The notes beneath the pieces are model-generated. The model was not told the DNA's origin. It ran no database searches and saw only the letters and a program-made list of their open reading frames with translations. A stretch of DNA of 64,000 nucleotides from a virus. Positions 47,824 through 56,807 of the stretch are shown here, piece by piece (position 1 is the stretch's first letter; every line of letters starts with the position of its first letter). The stretch covers positions 1,047-65,046 of the IMG/VR virus record IMGVR_UViG_3300002446_000114. One strand, given 5' to 3'. A program made the translations under genes and the position numbers.

Positions 47824-49323
47824 GTGGAGACAATGGTAACACAGGAGATGATTATGGCGTTTAAGAAAGCAAGACAGTACGACGAAGAGCAATCAAAGAA
47901 GGTTCGTAAAAAGACAGAAGAGCAGAACTCTTTTGGCGATAACGCGCCAAGGGCCAAGATTGGGCAGGGCCTGAACGTGTATATGTGGCTGCCATCTATG
48001 GATCAACGGGAAGAGTATTATAACCCAGAGCCTGTTCGGTTCATGGGTATCCACTATGGTCCATTTCACGCATGTAGTCGAAATGATGCGGTTATGGATG
48101 AGAGCATGAAAGATTTGGTTGAAGACCGCTCCTTCAAGGGATGTATTCGCTGTATGACTGGTTGGAATGCCTATCAAGATCATGGTGGTAAAGAGCTTGG
48201 TGATAACCATCCTGCAACAGCAAAGCGAAGGGCTGACCTTGCACAGATGAGGGGTGTCATTCAGGTTGTTGAACTGACTCCGTTTTTTGAACTTGACTCA
48301 ACTGGCACTGAAGTTGAGATCAATGATTCAGCTGTTAAGCATTGGGACGACTTCCTCAGCACTATCGAAACTGGTGAAGTTCCTTCAGGTTCTAAGATGC
48401 CAAAGGAGATGCAGGAGTCTGCATTGGCAGGCGCATCCCTTTTGATCCTGAATGCCGACACAGCAAAATCACTGGCTGCGCTTCACTATAAGCGATCGGT
48501 TAAGATTGGTAAGGCTGAGAACAAGAACAAGAAGCCTAAGTCTCCCCTCATGGAACCAGAGCGATTCCTTCTCTCTATCATTCGAGGCGAGGACGCGTCT
48601 GCCACCTTCACTGGTAGATCTGGTAAGCCTCAGAAGAAGGGAACGTATGAGCTTGAGATCAACGAGATTGGAGACGATACCTGGGAGGAAATGTGCCAGG
48701 GTCTACTTGAGGCGTTTGATAACAAGGAAGGGTTTGAGTGGATTGACATCTACAATCCATCTGTCGAGATTCCTACAGGCACGTCTAAGGAGGATGAGAT
48801 CCGACTTGTCGCAGCTGCCTTGATTAAGCTCAGCGAAGACGAGACTGAGTTCTTGCTTGAAACTGAAAAGCACTCGTACGACTATCGTGACGATCTTAAG
48901 AAACAGAAAGATGCAGTTGACGATGATGACGAGGATGATGACGAAGAGCCAGCTAGCTTTAACAAGTTTAAAAAGCCTGCTAAACCAGCGGCTCCTGCGA
49001 AGGCTAAGTTCAGTAAGCCCGTCGATGATGACGACGATGATGACGACGACGAGGAAGATGACGCTCCTCCAAAAAAGAAGGCGGCTCCAGCCAAGGCAAA
49101 GGTAGCGCCTCCAAAGACTAAGGCAAAGCCCGTTGACGATGATGACGACGATGATGATGACGAGGAAGATGACGCTCCTCCAAAAAAGAAGGCAGCTCCC
49201 GTCAAGGCGAAACCGGCTCCAGCAAAGTCAAAGGCAAAAGCAAAGCCCGTCGACGACGACGATGACGATGATGATTACTACGAATCACTTGATGACGACG
49301 ATGATGAAGATGATGACGATTGA
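47824..49323 (+). CDS. Putative single-stranded DNA-binding protein with long acidic/basic low-complexity tail
   Basis: N-domain with H..C...C..C spacing as in T4 gp32-like SSBs; acidic C-terminus; upstream of recA; followed by a terminator. Confidence 0.6.
   Translation: METMVTQEMIMAFKKARQYDEEQSKKVRKKTEEQNSFGDNAPRAKIGQGLNVYMWLPSMDQREEYYNPEPVRFMGIHYGPFHACSRNDAVMDESMKDLVEDRSFKGCIRCMTGWNAYQDHGGKELGDNHPATAKRRADLAQMRGVIQVVELTPFFELDSTGTEVEINDSAVKHWDDFLSTIETGEVPSGSKMPKEMQESALAGASLLILNADTAKSLAALHYKRSVKIGKAENKNKKPKSPLMEPERFLLSIIRGEDASATFTGRSGKPQKKGTYELEINEIGDDTWEEMCQGLLEAFDNKEGFEWIDIYNPSVEIPTGTSKEDEIRLVAAALIKLSEDETEFLLETEKHSYDYRDDLKKQKDAVDDDDEDDDEEPASFNKFKKPAKPAAPAKAKFSKPVDDDDDDDDDEEDDAPPKKKAAPAKAKVAPPKTKAKPVDDDDDDDDDEEDDAPPKKKAAPVKAKPAPAKSKAKAKPVDDDDDDDDYYESLDDDDDEDDDD
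49021..49320 (+). repeat. Internal repeats encoding Asp tracts and Ala/Lys/Pro blocks
   Basis: An identical 35-bp core GACGAGGAAGATGACGCTCCTCCAAAAAAGAAGGC occurs at 49048-49082 and 49159-49193, among GAY codon runs. Confidence 0.9.
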
Positions 49324-49345
49324 TTTCATTTAGGCATCATCATTG

Positions 49346-49373
49346 AAGCGCCAGGGTAAAACCTGGCGCTTTT
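49346..49373 (+). terminator. Terminator hairpin after the SSB-like gene
   Basis: 10-bp stem AAGCGCCAGG/CCTGGCGCTT with loop GTAAAA and a short T run. Confidence 0.75.
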
Positions 49374-49385
49374 AAGTTAACTAAA
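49372..49385. promoter_or_regulatory. 14-bp motif copy TTAAGTTAACTAAA, between the terminator and recA
   Basis: Exact match; intergenic. Confidence 0.8.
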
Positions 49386-49402
49386 GTATTAAAGGAAAAC
49401 AG

Positions 49403-50662
49403 ATGACAAGAAGACGCCGCGACACAGCCATCGAAAGTGTCATTGATAAGAAAGTCCCTGTCAAAAAGAAGAAGGAAAATTCTCCGTGGCCAGGATTCAC
49501 GAAGTCGGTTCAGAAGCTGGCTGAGGAGAAGAGTATTGGCTTGATGTCTCCAGACAAATTTGCCACTCGATACGGGGTCAAATACTTCTTGAGCACTGGA
49601 GTGCCGAGTCTCAACCTTTACCTGGGTCAAGAAGGTGAGAACATTGACACTGGTGACTTTCACTATGGGATCCCCACTGGTCGATTCACTGAGATTGTTG
49701 GTAACGAGTCTTCTTACAAAACTTTCCTTCTCCAGCTAATTGGAGCTGAAGCTGTCAGGCGAGGCGGCTTCTTCTTTTATGTCTCATCAGAGTTAGACTT
49801 CGATCTCAAGTTCTTTAAGAGCTTCTACGATCGAGTTGGAATTGACTGGGATGAGATAGGAGAGCAAATTCTATGTGACGTTGCCCCAACTGCCAGGGAC
49901 ATGCAGAACATCCTTAAGGTTATTTTTCCCAAATTGGCGGAGCTACACAAGACGACAACGCTACCTGGACCAGTGGTGATTGGCTTGGACTCGTTAGCCG
50001 GCATGATGGGTGGTGAGAACAAGGATCGTCTTTACGATGAGAAGCATGACGGCGATCGTACTGGTTCTCACGCTAGCGAACTACATACTATTTTCAAGAT
50101 GTCGATGGTTGAGATTGCCAAGTACGATACAGCTTTTGTGTTCACGAATCAGTACAGGGCTGACATGAATATAAAATCTCAGGCAGATCAGAAGCCTGCA
50201 CATAATCAGATCGTGAAGTACTATTCATCCAATCGTATTGATCTTCGAATTGGTAAGGTAGTGAAACGAGTGACTCGCAAGGGCAGGGAGTTTAACGTCG
50301 CTCGTGAGCTCAATGGAAAGATTAGAAAGGTTAGAGGAGCCCTGATTGGTGACGGCAGTTTCACCATGATTGTTAGACAGAACGGGTCGTTTGATTACCT
50401 TCACTCGCTCGTTGAGGCAATGGAGATTACTCGAGTAATCGATCGCGTAAAGAAAGACTGGGTGCTCACCCTGGATCCTGATTCAGACAATCCGCTCGAG
50501 ATGGAAGTTGCTCAGCGGTTCGCTTCGTCTGAGTTCGTTTCAACGAAAGAACTGAAAACGTATCTCAAGACAGATGTCGAGATGTGGCCGTTAATTGAAA
50601 AACTTTGCTACCAAAAGGGGCCTTGGGATGTTAACCAAGAAGAAACAATTGATGTTGACTAG
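49403..50662 (+). CDS. recA: RecA/UvsX-family recombinase
   Basis: LSTGVPSLNLYLG, GIPTGRFTEIVGNESSYKT, IGLDSLAGM, VFTNQYR, KYYSSNRIDLR. Confidence 0.92.
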   Translation: MTRRRRDTAIESVIDKKVPVKKKKENSPWPGFTKSVQKLAEEKSIGLMSPDKFATRYGVKYFLSTGVPSLNLYLGQEGENIDTGDFHYGIPTGRFTEIVGNESSYKTFLLQLIGAEAVRRGGFFFYVSSELDFDLKFFKSFYDRVGIDWDEIGEQILCDVAPTARDMQNILKVIFPKLAELHKTTTLPGPVVIGLDSLAGMMGGENKDRLYDEKHDGDRTGSHASELHTIFKMSMVEIAKYDTAFVFTNQYRADMNIKSQADQKPAHNQIVKYYSSNRIDLRIGKVVKRVTRKGREFNVARELNGKIRKVRGALIGDGSFTMIVRQNGSFDYLHSLVEAMEITRVIDRVKKDWVLTLDPDSDNPLEMEVAQRFASSEFVSTKELKTYLKTDVEMWPLIEKLCYQKGPWDVNQEETIDVD

Positions 50663-51200
50663 TTTAACACGTAACCTGTTCTACTACTTTACAAAGTCTT
50701 ATGAGCGATGGGCTCTTGATGTTAATGAGAATGAGATCAAAGCCATTCTTAGGATCGCATCTTGGTTGACCGGTAAAGATGATATTCCGATGGAGACTGT
50801 TTCGATCTCCACGGTTGTTCATTTTGTTCCAGCGGAGAACTCAACTGACAAACTGTTTCGTCGAGTCAATGGACGTTTCGATGTTAGGTTGGCTTCAATG
50901 GATCTGGTGAGTGACATTTGCGATGAGTTGAATTTTGTTCAGGAGCCAGAGGCTATTCACCTAGAGGAAGAGGATGCTCATCTCTTTCATGAGTGCGTCA
51001 TGTGGTTTGAGCAAGAGATATTTGGGATCGAGAGTTTCACAGGATTATCGTCTTTAATTTGGAGAATTGACAATGAGCATCAAGCTACTGTGCTTTTCGG
51101 ATCTGCACCTTACCAACCGAAACCCGAAGTTCAAGGTCACGAATGGGGTGAGCGATCTTCTTCACAGACAGGCTCAGTTCGTAAACTGGTTGATAGATAA
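50595..51200 (+). CDS. Hypothetical protein (likely start 50628 or 50652)
   Basis: ORF between recA and sbcD; its 3' end overlaps sbcD by about 130 nt. Confidence 0.5.
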   Translation: MKNFATKRGLGMLTKKKQLMLTSLTRNLFYYFTKSYERWALDVNENEIKAILRIASWLTGKDDIPMETVSISTVVHFVPAENSTDKLFRRVNGRFDVRLASMDLVSDICDELNFVQEPEAIHLEEEDAHLFHECVMWFEQEIFGIESFTGLSSLIWRIDNEHQATVLFGSAPYQPKPEVQGHEWGERSSSQTGSVRKLVDR

Positions 51201-52170
51201 GTTCAATGAGGAAGACTATGACTTCCTTCTGTTCTTAGGAGACTGGACGGACTACCCCACGCTAGACCCTGTGACCCAGACGGTTTCGTCTGAGTTGTTG
51301 GCCAGGATAATGAGTGAGACTCATTCGATCCTCATCGAAGGTAACCATTGTATCTCGGATACGAAAGGAGCCTATACTGTTCTAGGGGCTGCGAAGCCAT
51401 TCTTTGAACTGTCAGGAGAAGACAATCATCAGTCACTTGTCACTACGAACCAGGTCATCGATCTTGACTGGGTAAAGTTTCATTGCTTTCCATACTCAAG
51501 TGACTTCGAGCAGCTTCAAAAAGATATCGCAAAAGCCAATGACGAGAGCGAGGACAGTCGAGCTTACAATATTATGTTGTTTCACTTTCCAACAACCAAT
51601 GCTGTTCTCGACAATCAGCTTCAGTCAAAGAAAGGAGTTGCTCTTGTTGATGAAATCATTTGCCATTTTGACATTGTGATCGGAGGTGATTTTCATCGTC
51701 CCCAACAATTGATAGGAACGGAGAATGCTTTTTACGTTGGGTCTCCATTTGATTTTAATTACGGAGACCATGTTGAAGAGAGGGGAGCTATGTCGGTTAT
51801 CTTCGAAGACAATGGGGACATCTGTGTTGATCTCATTGATAATCCATTTCGACCAAAGATTCAGAAGATTACAGCGGACGAAGCGATTAAGCTAACTAAA
51901 CATGAGCTTGAAAATAATGTCTATCGGGTAGTCGGTGAAGATGTTGACTACGATACGAAGGCACAGCTGATGGAGATGAGAGAGCGAGCCTATCGATTGG
52001 ATCTTGCACTCAGAAAGAAAACTGAAATCACTCATGGTGAGAACGTTCGTATAGTTGACTCAGTTGATCCTAAGAGTGATGTTGATTTCTTGACAGAAGT
52101 TATTTCTGATCATACCAGGGCAGATAAGCTGGTTGCTATTTTTAGAGAAGTTCGATTAGCGTGTCTATAA
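51073..52170 (+). CDS. sbcD: SbcD/Mre11/gp47-like metallophosphoesterase nuclease
   Basis: FSDLH, FLGDW, IEGNHC, LFHF and GGDFH motifs; GGAG before ATG 51073. Confidence 0.92.
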   Translation: MSIKLLCFSDLHLTNRNPKFKVTNGVSDLLHRQAQFVNWLIDKFNEEDYDFLLFLGDWTDYPTLDPVTQTVSSELLARIMSETHSILIEGNHCISDTKGAYTVLGAAKPFFELSGEDNHQSLVTTNQVIDLDWVKFHCFPYSSDFEQLQKDIAKANDESEDSRAYNIMLFHFPTTNAVLDNQLQSKKGVALVDEIICHFDIVIGGDFHRPQQLIGTENAFYVGSPFDFNYGDHVEERGAMSVIFEDNGDICVDLIDNPFRPKIQKITADEAIKLTKHELENNVYRVVGEDVDYDTKAQLMEMRERAYRLDLALRKKTEITHGENVRIVDSVDPKSDVDFLTEVISDHTRADKLVAIFREVRLACL

Positions 52171-52180
52171 GGAGACTCAG

Positions 52181-52636
52181 ATGGAATGTAATGGTTACTT
52201 TGATGAAGAAGAGGTTTACGAAGAGAGTGATATTGAAGATCTTCGTTGGCTCGTCTACGACGTCTTCAGGGCACTCGCTTTCCCGAGGAGGATAAGCACA
52301 AATGTTGAATCAATTCCCAGGAAACAGATTTTAATTACTGTTCAGCTTAAAGACCCTAATCAAATCATTGGTCATGTTTTTGGGAAGCGGTATTCAAATG
52401 TCAGATCCATTTTGCAACTGGTCAGAAATCAGCAGCTGCTGCCTCACGATAGGTATGTCAGGATGAGGTTTGAGGATCACAAGGGTAAGGAGATCATTAC
52501 GTTTATCAACACAGACGTGTCGTCTGTGAGAGCGAAGCCTGACTATCATTTTGAAACTCATCAGCTGAGAATAGATGAGAACGGGCATTACCTTACACCA
52601 CAAGAGAAATTTAGATCGGATGAGAATTCTTTTTGA
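52181..52636 (+). CDS. KH-domain RNA-binding protein, KhpA-like
   Basis: LVYDVFRALAFPRRI...ITVQLKDPNQIIGHVFGKRYSNVRSILQLVR...YVRMRF parallels the KhpA pattern (LV..IAK.LV..P...GKVIGK.G...AIR.VV...V.VEI). Confidence 0.6.
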   Translation: MECNGYFDEEEVYEESDIEDLRWLVYDVFRALAFPRRISTNVESIPRKQILITVQLKDPNQIIGHVFGKRYSNVRSILQLVRNQQLLPHDRYVRMRFEDHKGKEIITFINTDVSSVRAKPDYHFETHQLRIDENGHYLTPQEKFRSDENSF

Positions 52637-52651
52637 AACAAGGAGCGAGCA

Positions 52652-54532
52652 GTGATCACATTAACGAAGTTAGAGATTCATAATTTTTGCACACTTGAAT
52701 CTGTTGATATTGATTTAGGCCCAAGGGTCTTTTTGATTCGCGGGGAAAATCGAGATGAAGCTTCTGCCACCTCAAATGGATCCGGCAAGTCACTTTTGTG
52801 CCAGTCAATAGTCTGGTGTCTGTTCAATGATATCATTCGAAAAGACATGCGGGCTGATGATGTCATTGGTACTAATGATAAGTGGACAAGTGTTTGTGTT
52901 GAGTTAACTAAACACAATCAGCTCATCAGGGTGGAGCGGTATCGTAACCACCCTAAACACGGAACCAAGTCTATCTTGTTTATCAATGGTGAGCTTGAGG
53001 AAGTTCATACGAAGACAGATGACAAGATTGTTCAGATACTTGGTATCAGTTCGAAGACGCTTTATCACTTTTCTTACTCCGACCCTGACCGACCACCCCT
53101 GGTCTCTTTGACGCCGGCAGGAGTCAAAGCAGCTGTCTCTGAGATGCTAGATATTCAGAGGTTCGATGATTATCTCAAGGAGATACGAGATCGTCTTTCT
53201 ATCAAGAAGACTGATCTTCGATCTTTGCAGTCCATCTTCGAAGACTTTGGTGAACAGATGAGAAAGCTTTATGACAAAAAGCAGTCTCTTGAGATGTCTG
53301 GTCTTACATTTGAATCAGATCGAAAGGAGCGCATCGACAAGTTAGAGCAAGACCTTTTAGTTATTCGAACTGACTTGGCTGCTTTACCTGACTACGCAGA
53401 ACAGAAAGAGCAGGTTGAAGAAGCTATCGCTTCTTTTGGGGATATCTCGGACAGTCTCCAGCAGCTTAACAAGAAGATGAAAAATATTCAGGACGACTTG
53501 TCCAAGGCCAACACATCGAGAGTCAAGGCTCAGGCGCTCTTAGTGAAGTGCAGAGCGGCTGTCGAGGACAAGAGAAAGGCTAAGGCTAATATCGATAACA
53601 ACTCGTCAGGGATGTGTGGGTATTGTGGCAATGCGCTTTCAGACTCGAAGCACCTTGGTAAGATACTTGACTCATTGTCTATGGAGGTCGAGGAGGCGCT
53701 GGTCAAGGAATCGCAGTACCAGGTAAGGGTCAATGAACTGGAGGTCATCATCTCTAAGCTGGAGAATAAGAAGAACTCCGTTGGTAGAAAAATTGACGAA
53801 CACCAGGATGAGTTTAAAGAGTTCATGTCTCTTCAGAACAAGTTGGCTAAGATCGAGAAAGCAATTGCTGGGCAGCAGAAACTATTTTTTGCGGAAGAAA
53901 AAGTCCTGGCGAAGATCGCATCAGTCAAGGCGGAGAAGCCACCAAGTAGCTCGGGCATCGAAGTTATTGATAATCAAATCGACGGTATGACCGATCGTAG
54001 AAACGAGATTCACCGATCGCTGGAAGAAATTGAACAGGACATGTCAGACCTTAAAGAGCTTGATAAGGCTGTCAGTCAGATGAAGGTTGGTATTTTCAAT
54101 AACTTCATCCACTCTTTGTACTCTCGGATTCAAGACTACCTGGATCAGATGACCGGAGGCGATTTCGAAGTCAAGATGCAGGAGAAGAAGGGAGAGCTTT
54201 CTTTTCTTTTCTCTTCGCCGTCAAAGGAAGGAAAGTTTTGGCACTACAATGTCTTTAGTACAGGGGAGAGAGCGAGGATTCGAAAGGCAGTTCAGGTAGC
54301 TTTAGAGTCACTGGTTGATGCTGGTTTCTGGATTGACGATGAGGGGCTTGATGGTGTTGATCCAGGAGGACTACCATTGATTCTCGATTTTATCTTTGGA
54401 GATCGTGTGAAGAATAAGACAGTATTCATTGTGTCTCATCAGACAGCTCTCAATGATTACTTCGAGGACTATCCGGTGATCAATGTAATCAAAGAGAATG
54501 GAATCTCACGAGTTGAATTTGTAGATGCGTAG
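52652..54532 (+). CDS. sbcC: SbcC/Rad50/gp46-like SMC ATPase
   Basis: Walker A SNGSGKS, coiled coil with CGYC zinc hook, FSTGE signature, Walker B IDDEGLDGVD, IVSH. Confidence 0.93.
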   Translation: MITLTKLEIHNFCTLESVDIDLGPRVFLIRGENRDEASATSNGSGKSLLCQSIVWCLFNDIIRKDMRADDVIGTNDKWTSVCVELTKHNQLIRVERYRNHPKHGTKSILFINGELEEVHTKTDDKIVQILGISSKTLYHFSYSDPDRPPLVSLTPAGVKAAVSEMLDIQRFDDYLKEIRDRLSIKKTDLRSLQSIFEDFGEQMRKLYDKKQSLEMSGLTFESDRKERIDKLEQDLLVIRTDLAALPDYAEQKEQVEEAIASFGDISDSLQQLNKKMKNIQDDLSKANTSRVKAQALLVKCRAAVEDKRKAKANIDNNSSGMCGYCGNALSDSKHLGKILDSLSMEVEEALVKESQYQVRVNELEVIISKLENKKNSVGRKIDEHQDEFKEFMSLQNKLAKIEKAIAGQQKLFFAEEKVLAKIASVKAEKPPSSSGIEVIDNQIDGMTDRRNEIHRSLEEIEQDMSDLKELDKAVSQMKVGIFNNFIHSLYSRIQDYLDQMTGGDFEVKMQEKKGELSFLFSSPSKEGKFWHYNVFSTGERARIRKAVQVALESLVDAGFWIDDEGLDGVDPGGLPLILDFIFGDRVKNKTVFIVSHQTALNDYFEDYPVINVIKENGISRVEFVDA

Positions 54533-54540
54533 GAGCAAGT

Positions 54541-54789
54541 ATGGCAGTCGTTAGGTCTCAAGAGTTTAAGTGCGAAGCGTGTGATGTTGAATTCACTACG
54601 TCTAAGTTTTATGTCTTAACCAGTCGAAAGGAGGGAGATACAGTTAGAGAAAGAGTTGCCAGGTGCCCAGAGTGTAATGAGCAGGTGGTTGAACCAGACA
54701 AGTTCGTTATCCAGAGATCTGTTGTTAGTCCATTGTGCCCCAAGACAAGTGTTCAAACGATTATTCGAGACAGACCGCGTTGGCACTGA
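54541..54789 (+). CDS. Zinc-ribbon protein (FmdB-like)
   Basis: FKCEACD...RCPECN motif pairs in an 82-aa ORF; RBS AGGAG. Confidence 0.65.
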   Translation: MAVVRSQEFKCEACDVEFTTSKFYVLTSRKEGDTVRERVARCPECNEQVVEPDKFVIQRSVVSPLCPKTSVQTIIRDRPRWH

Positions 54790-54796
54790 GGTTGAG

Positions 54797-55654
54797 ATGG
54801 CTAAGTTATATGTCGGAGCTCACGAAGAAAGGGTATTTACCCTTCTGAACGCAAGGCGTTTTGTTTCCTTTATTGAAGAGCATAACTATCAAACTCAATA
54901 TTGTGTTGGGGCAGATCTCTCAATGAATGGTACTGGTTTTGTCTGCTGCACACAAGACAACGATGTTAAGCTTGTCAAAACATTTAGCAATAAAGTCGTT
55001 CCTTATACAAGATCCTCAATTGCTCTGTACCTGAACGACTTAAGTAAGTTGGTTCAGAGCTTTTGCTCTCAGATGAGAGAGGCAGATCTTCCGGCAACAG
55101 GGGCCGATCCTACCAAGGTTCTTCTTGTCTACGAGGAAGTGAATGTTGGCTCTAACTTTACAGGGATGCTTGGCGTCGCCAGGTCTCAAGCAGCGTCACT
55201 CGTGGGCTGGGCGAATGGGGTAGGAGCTAGGAGCGAGAATGATATCCTGGCAGTACCAGTGAGTAACCTTCAGATCAAGAAAGTCTTGGGCGGACATAAG
55301 AAGTCAACCAAAGAAGATTTGATGGCACTCACCCTTAAAAACTTTGGGCACAATTTCAAAGATGATAACCAGGCTGATGCCTTTGGAGCTTCACTAATCG
55401 GGATTGCTTTAATCATGTTCGCGCATGAAGTTGCAGCTTCCGATCTGTCACCACACATGTCTCCAAAAGACTTGCGAGATGGCTTTAAAGAATTGTCTGA
55501 TGACTGGCATGAAAGAATTTGGGAAGTCGCTGAGAGTCAATTTAAGAAGTCGCGTTTTTTCGCTAGCCTGGGACTAAGGAAAGTCAATGATCAGATCAGC
55601 AAAGAGTTTCTACAGCTTGGACTTGGCAAGAAAAGCACTGGCGCTGCTGGGTAA
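54797..55654 (+). CDS. ruvC: RuvC-like Holliday junction resolvase (start refined from 54656)
   Basis: VGADLSMNGTG, VYEE, IKKVLGG...KEDLM and DDNQADAFG give the RNase H-fold acidic residues. Confidence 0.85.
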   Translation: MAKLYVGAHEERVFTLLNARRFVSFIEEHNYQTQYCVGADLSMNGTGFVCCTQDNDVKLVKTFSNKVVPYTRSSIALYLNDLSKLVQSFCSQMREADLPATGADPTKVLLVYEEVNVGSNFTGMLGVARSQAASLVGWANGVGARSENDILAVPVSNLQIKKVLGGHKKSTKEDLMALTLKNFGHNFKDDNQADAFGASLIGIALIMFAHEVAASDLSPHMSPKDLRDGFKELSDDWHERIWEVAESQFKKSRFFASLGLRKVNDQISKEFLQLGLGKKSTGAAG

Positions 55655-55673
55655 AAATCCAGATGAGTTTCAG

Positions 55674-55982
55674 ATGCCGAGTTGTCATCTGGAACATGGT
55701 GAACTTGTTGAGACTAAGAAGTGCGTCACACGGTGTAAGAGACCGTGTTTTCATTTCTTGAACTTCGAATTCATTACCAATGGATGTGCCCATGATGGGT
55801 GTTCAAATGAGTTTCCATGCGCTGCGTGCCTTTCGAAAATTGATGATCAAAAAATGTGGATCAAAATGATTATCGCGTGCTATACACCTTTTGTTCACAG
55901 TCACAAACGGCAACACAAGGCACCTCCATCCGCCTCCCAACAGAGGACAAGGAAGGTGAGAATATTGATGAAGAGGAAGTGA
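55674..55982 (+). CDS. Cys/His-rich hypothetical protein
   Basis: Many Cys (CH, CVTRC, CAHDGC, CAAC). Its TGA overlaps ATG 55982 (TGATG coupling). Start uncertain. Confidence 0.4.
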   Translation: MPSCHLEHGELVETKKCVTRCKRPCFHFLNFEFITNGCAHDGCSNEFPCAACLSKIDDQKMWIKMIIACYTPFVHSHKRQHKAPPSASQQRTRKVRILMKRK

Positions 55983-56800
55983 TGAAGTTCCTATACAAGA
56001 TTATCGATTCTAATTTTTCGTACAAGTTACCTAGCTTAGATCGGGCTGAGAGTAATCTTTTCAAGTTTCAACTCCCAGCACACGACTCAATTAACTTTGT
56101 TTTTGAGTATGCCGATTTTGAGTTTTCGTACGACGACAGTGTGTGCTCATCAGCTTTTGTTTTCGAGGCAATGGTCGACTGGAATGTTGTGGTGGTTGTG
56201 AATACAAACAGCTCAGCAGAATTGTGGGAAACTTTAGTTAACTTAAACAACATGAAGTTGGCTGCCATGTTAACTCAGCAGCTTCTTCACACCCACTTCA
56301 ATGTCTTTGTGAACTCTGGAGAAGTAGCTCCAAAGTTTAAGCAGTTCATTGTAGCCATCCCAGAGTCCCCCCATGCAGTTGAGTTTATGAACTCGTACCA
56401 TGAATGGGTTAGATTGGCTGAAGAGATATCTGGACTAGCTGAAGTCTGGAGTCGAATTGACAATACGGGTATCAATAACATTAGCCCATCTGTCTTAAAC
56501 CTTTCCTATTTTATCCTACACATGACATGTTTTTCGGCATTGCAGTTGGATCCAGAATGGCTAGAAGAATCACACGTTTGTGGTCCATTTATCTCCTACC
56601 ACAAGGAGAATCTGTTGCCAGTTTGTCAGTTATTTTACAATCTGATTGAAGATCAAAAGGCTGGCCCGTACCTTGATAGATCCCTTGATCTCATAGCTGA
56701 TTTCTTCTCCGAGGAAACCACTATGAACATTTTAGAAACTATTCAACAAGTCGGCTGCTTCAGTGTAGCAAGTCGCACGAGTTGGTTAAACCGGAAGTAG
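55982..56800 (+). CDS. Hypothetical protein (alternative GTG start at 55856)
   Basis: Long ORF before the RNR gene; GAGGAAG precedes ATG 55982. Confidence 0.6.
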   Translation: MKFLYKIIDSNFSYKLPSLDRAESNLFKFQLPAHDSINFVFEYADFEFSYDDSVCSSAFVFEAMVDWNVVVVVNTNSSAELWETLVNLNNMKLAAMLTQQLLHTHFNVFVNSGEVAPKFKQFIVAIPESPHAVEFMNSYHEWVRLAEEISGLAEVWSRIDNTGINNISPSVLNLSYFILHMTCFSALQLDPEWLEESHVCGPFISYHKENLLPVCQLFYNLIEDQKAGPYLDRSLDLIADFFSEETTMNILETIQQVGCFSVASRTSWLNRK

Positions 56801-56807
56801 GTAGAAC

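Noticed and set aside
48882-49205. Minus-strand poly-Ser ORF
   Set aside because: It is simply the antisense reading of the GAY (Asp) repeats.
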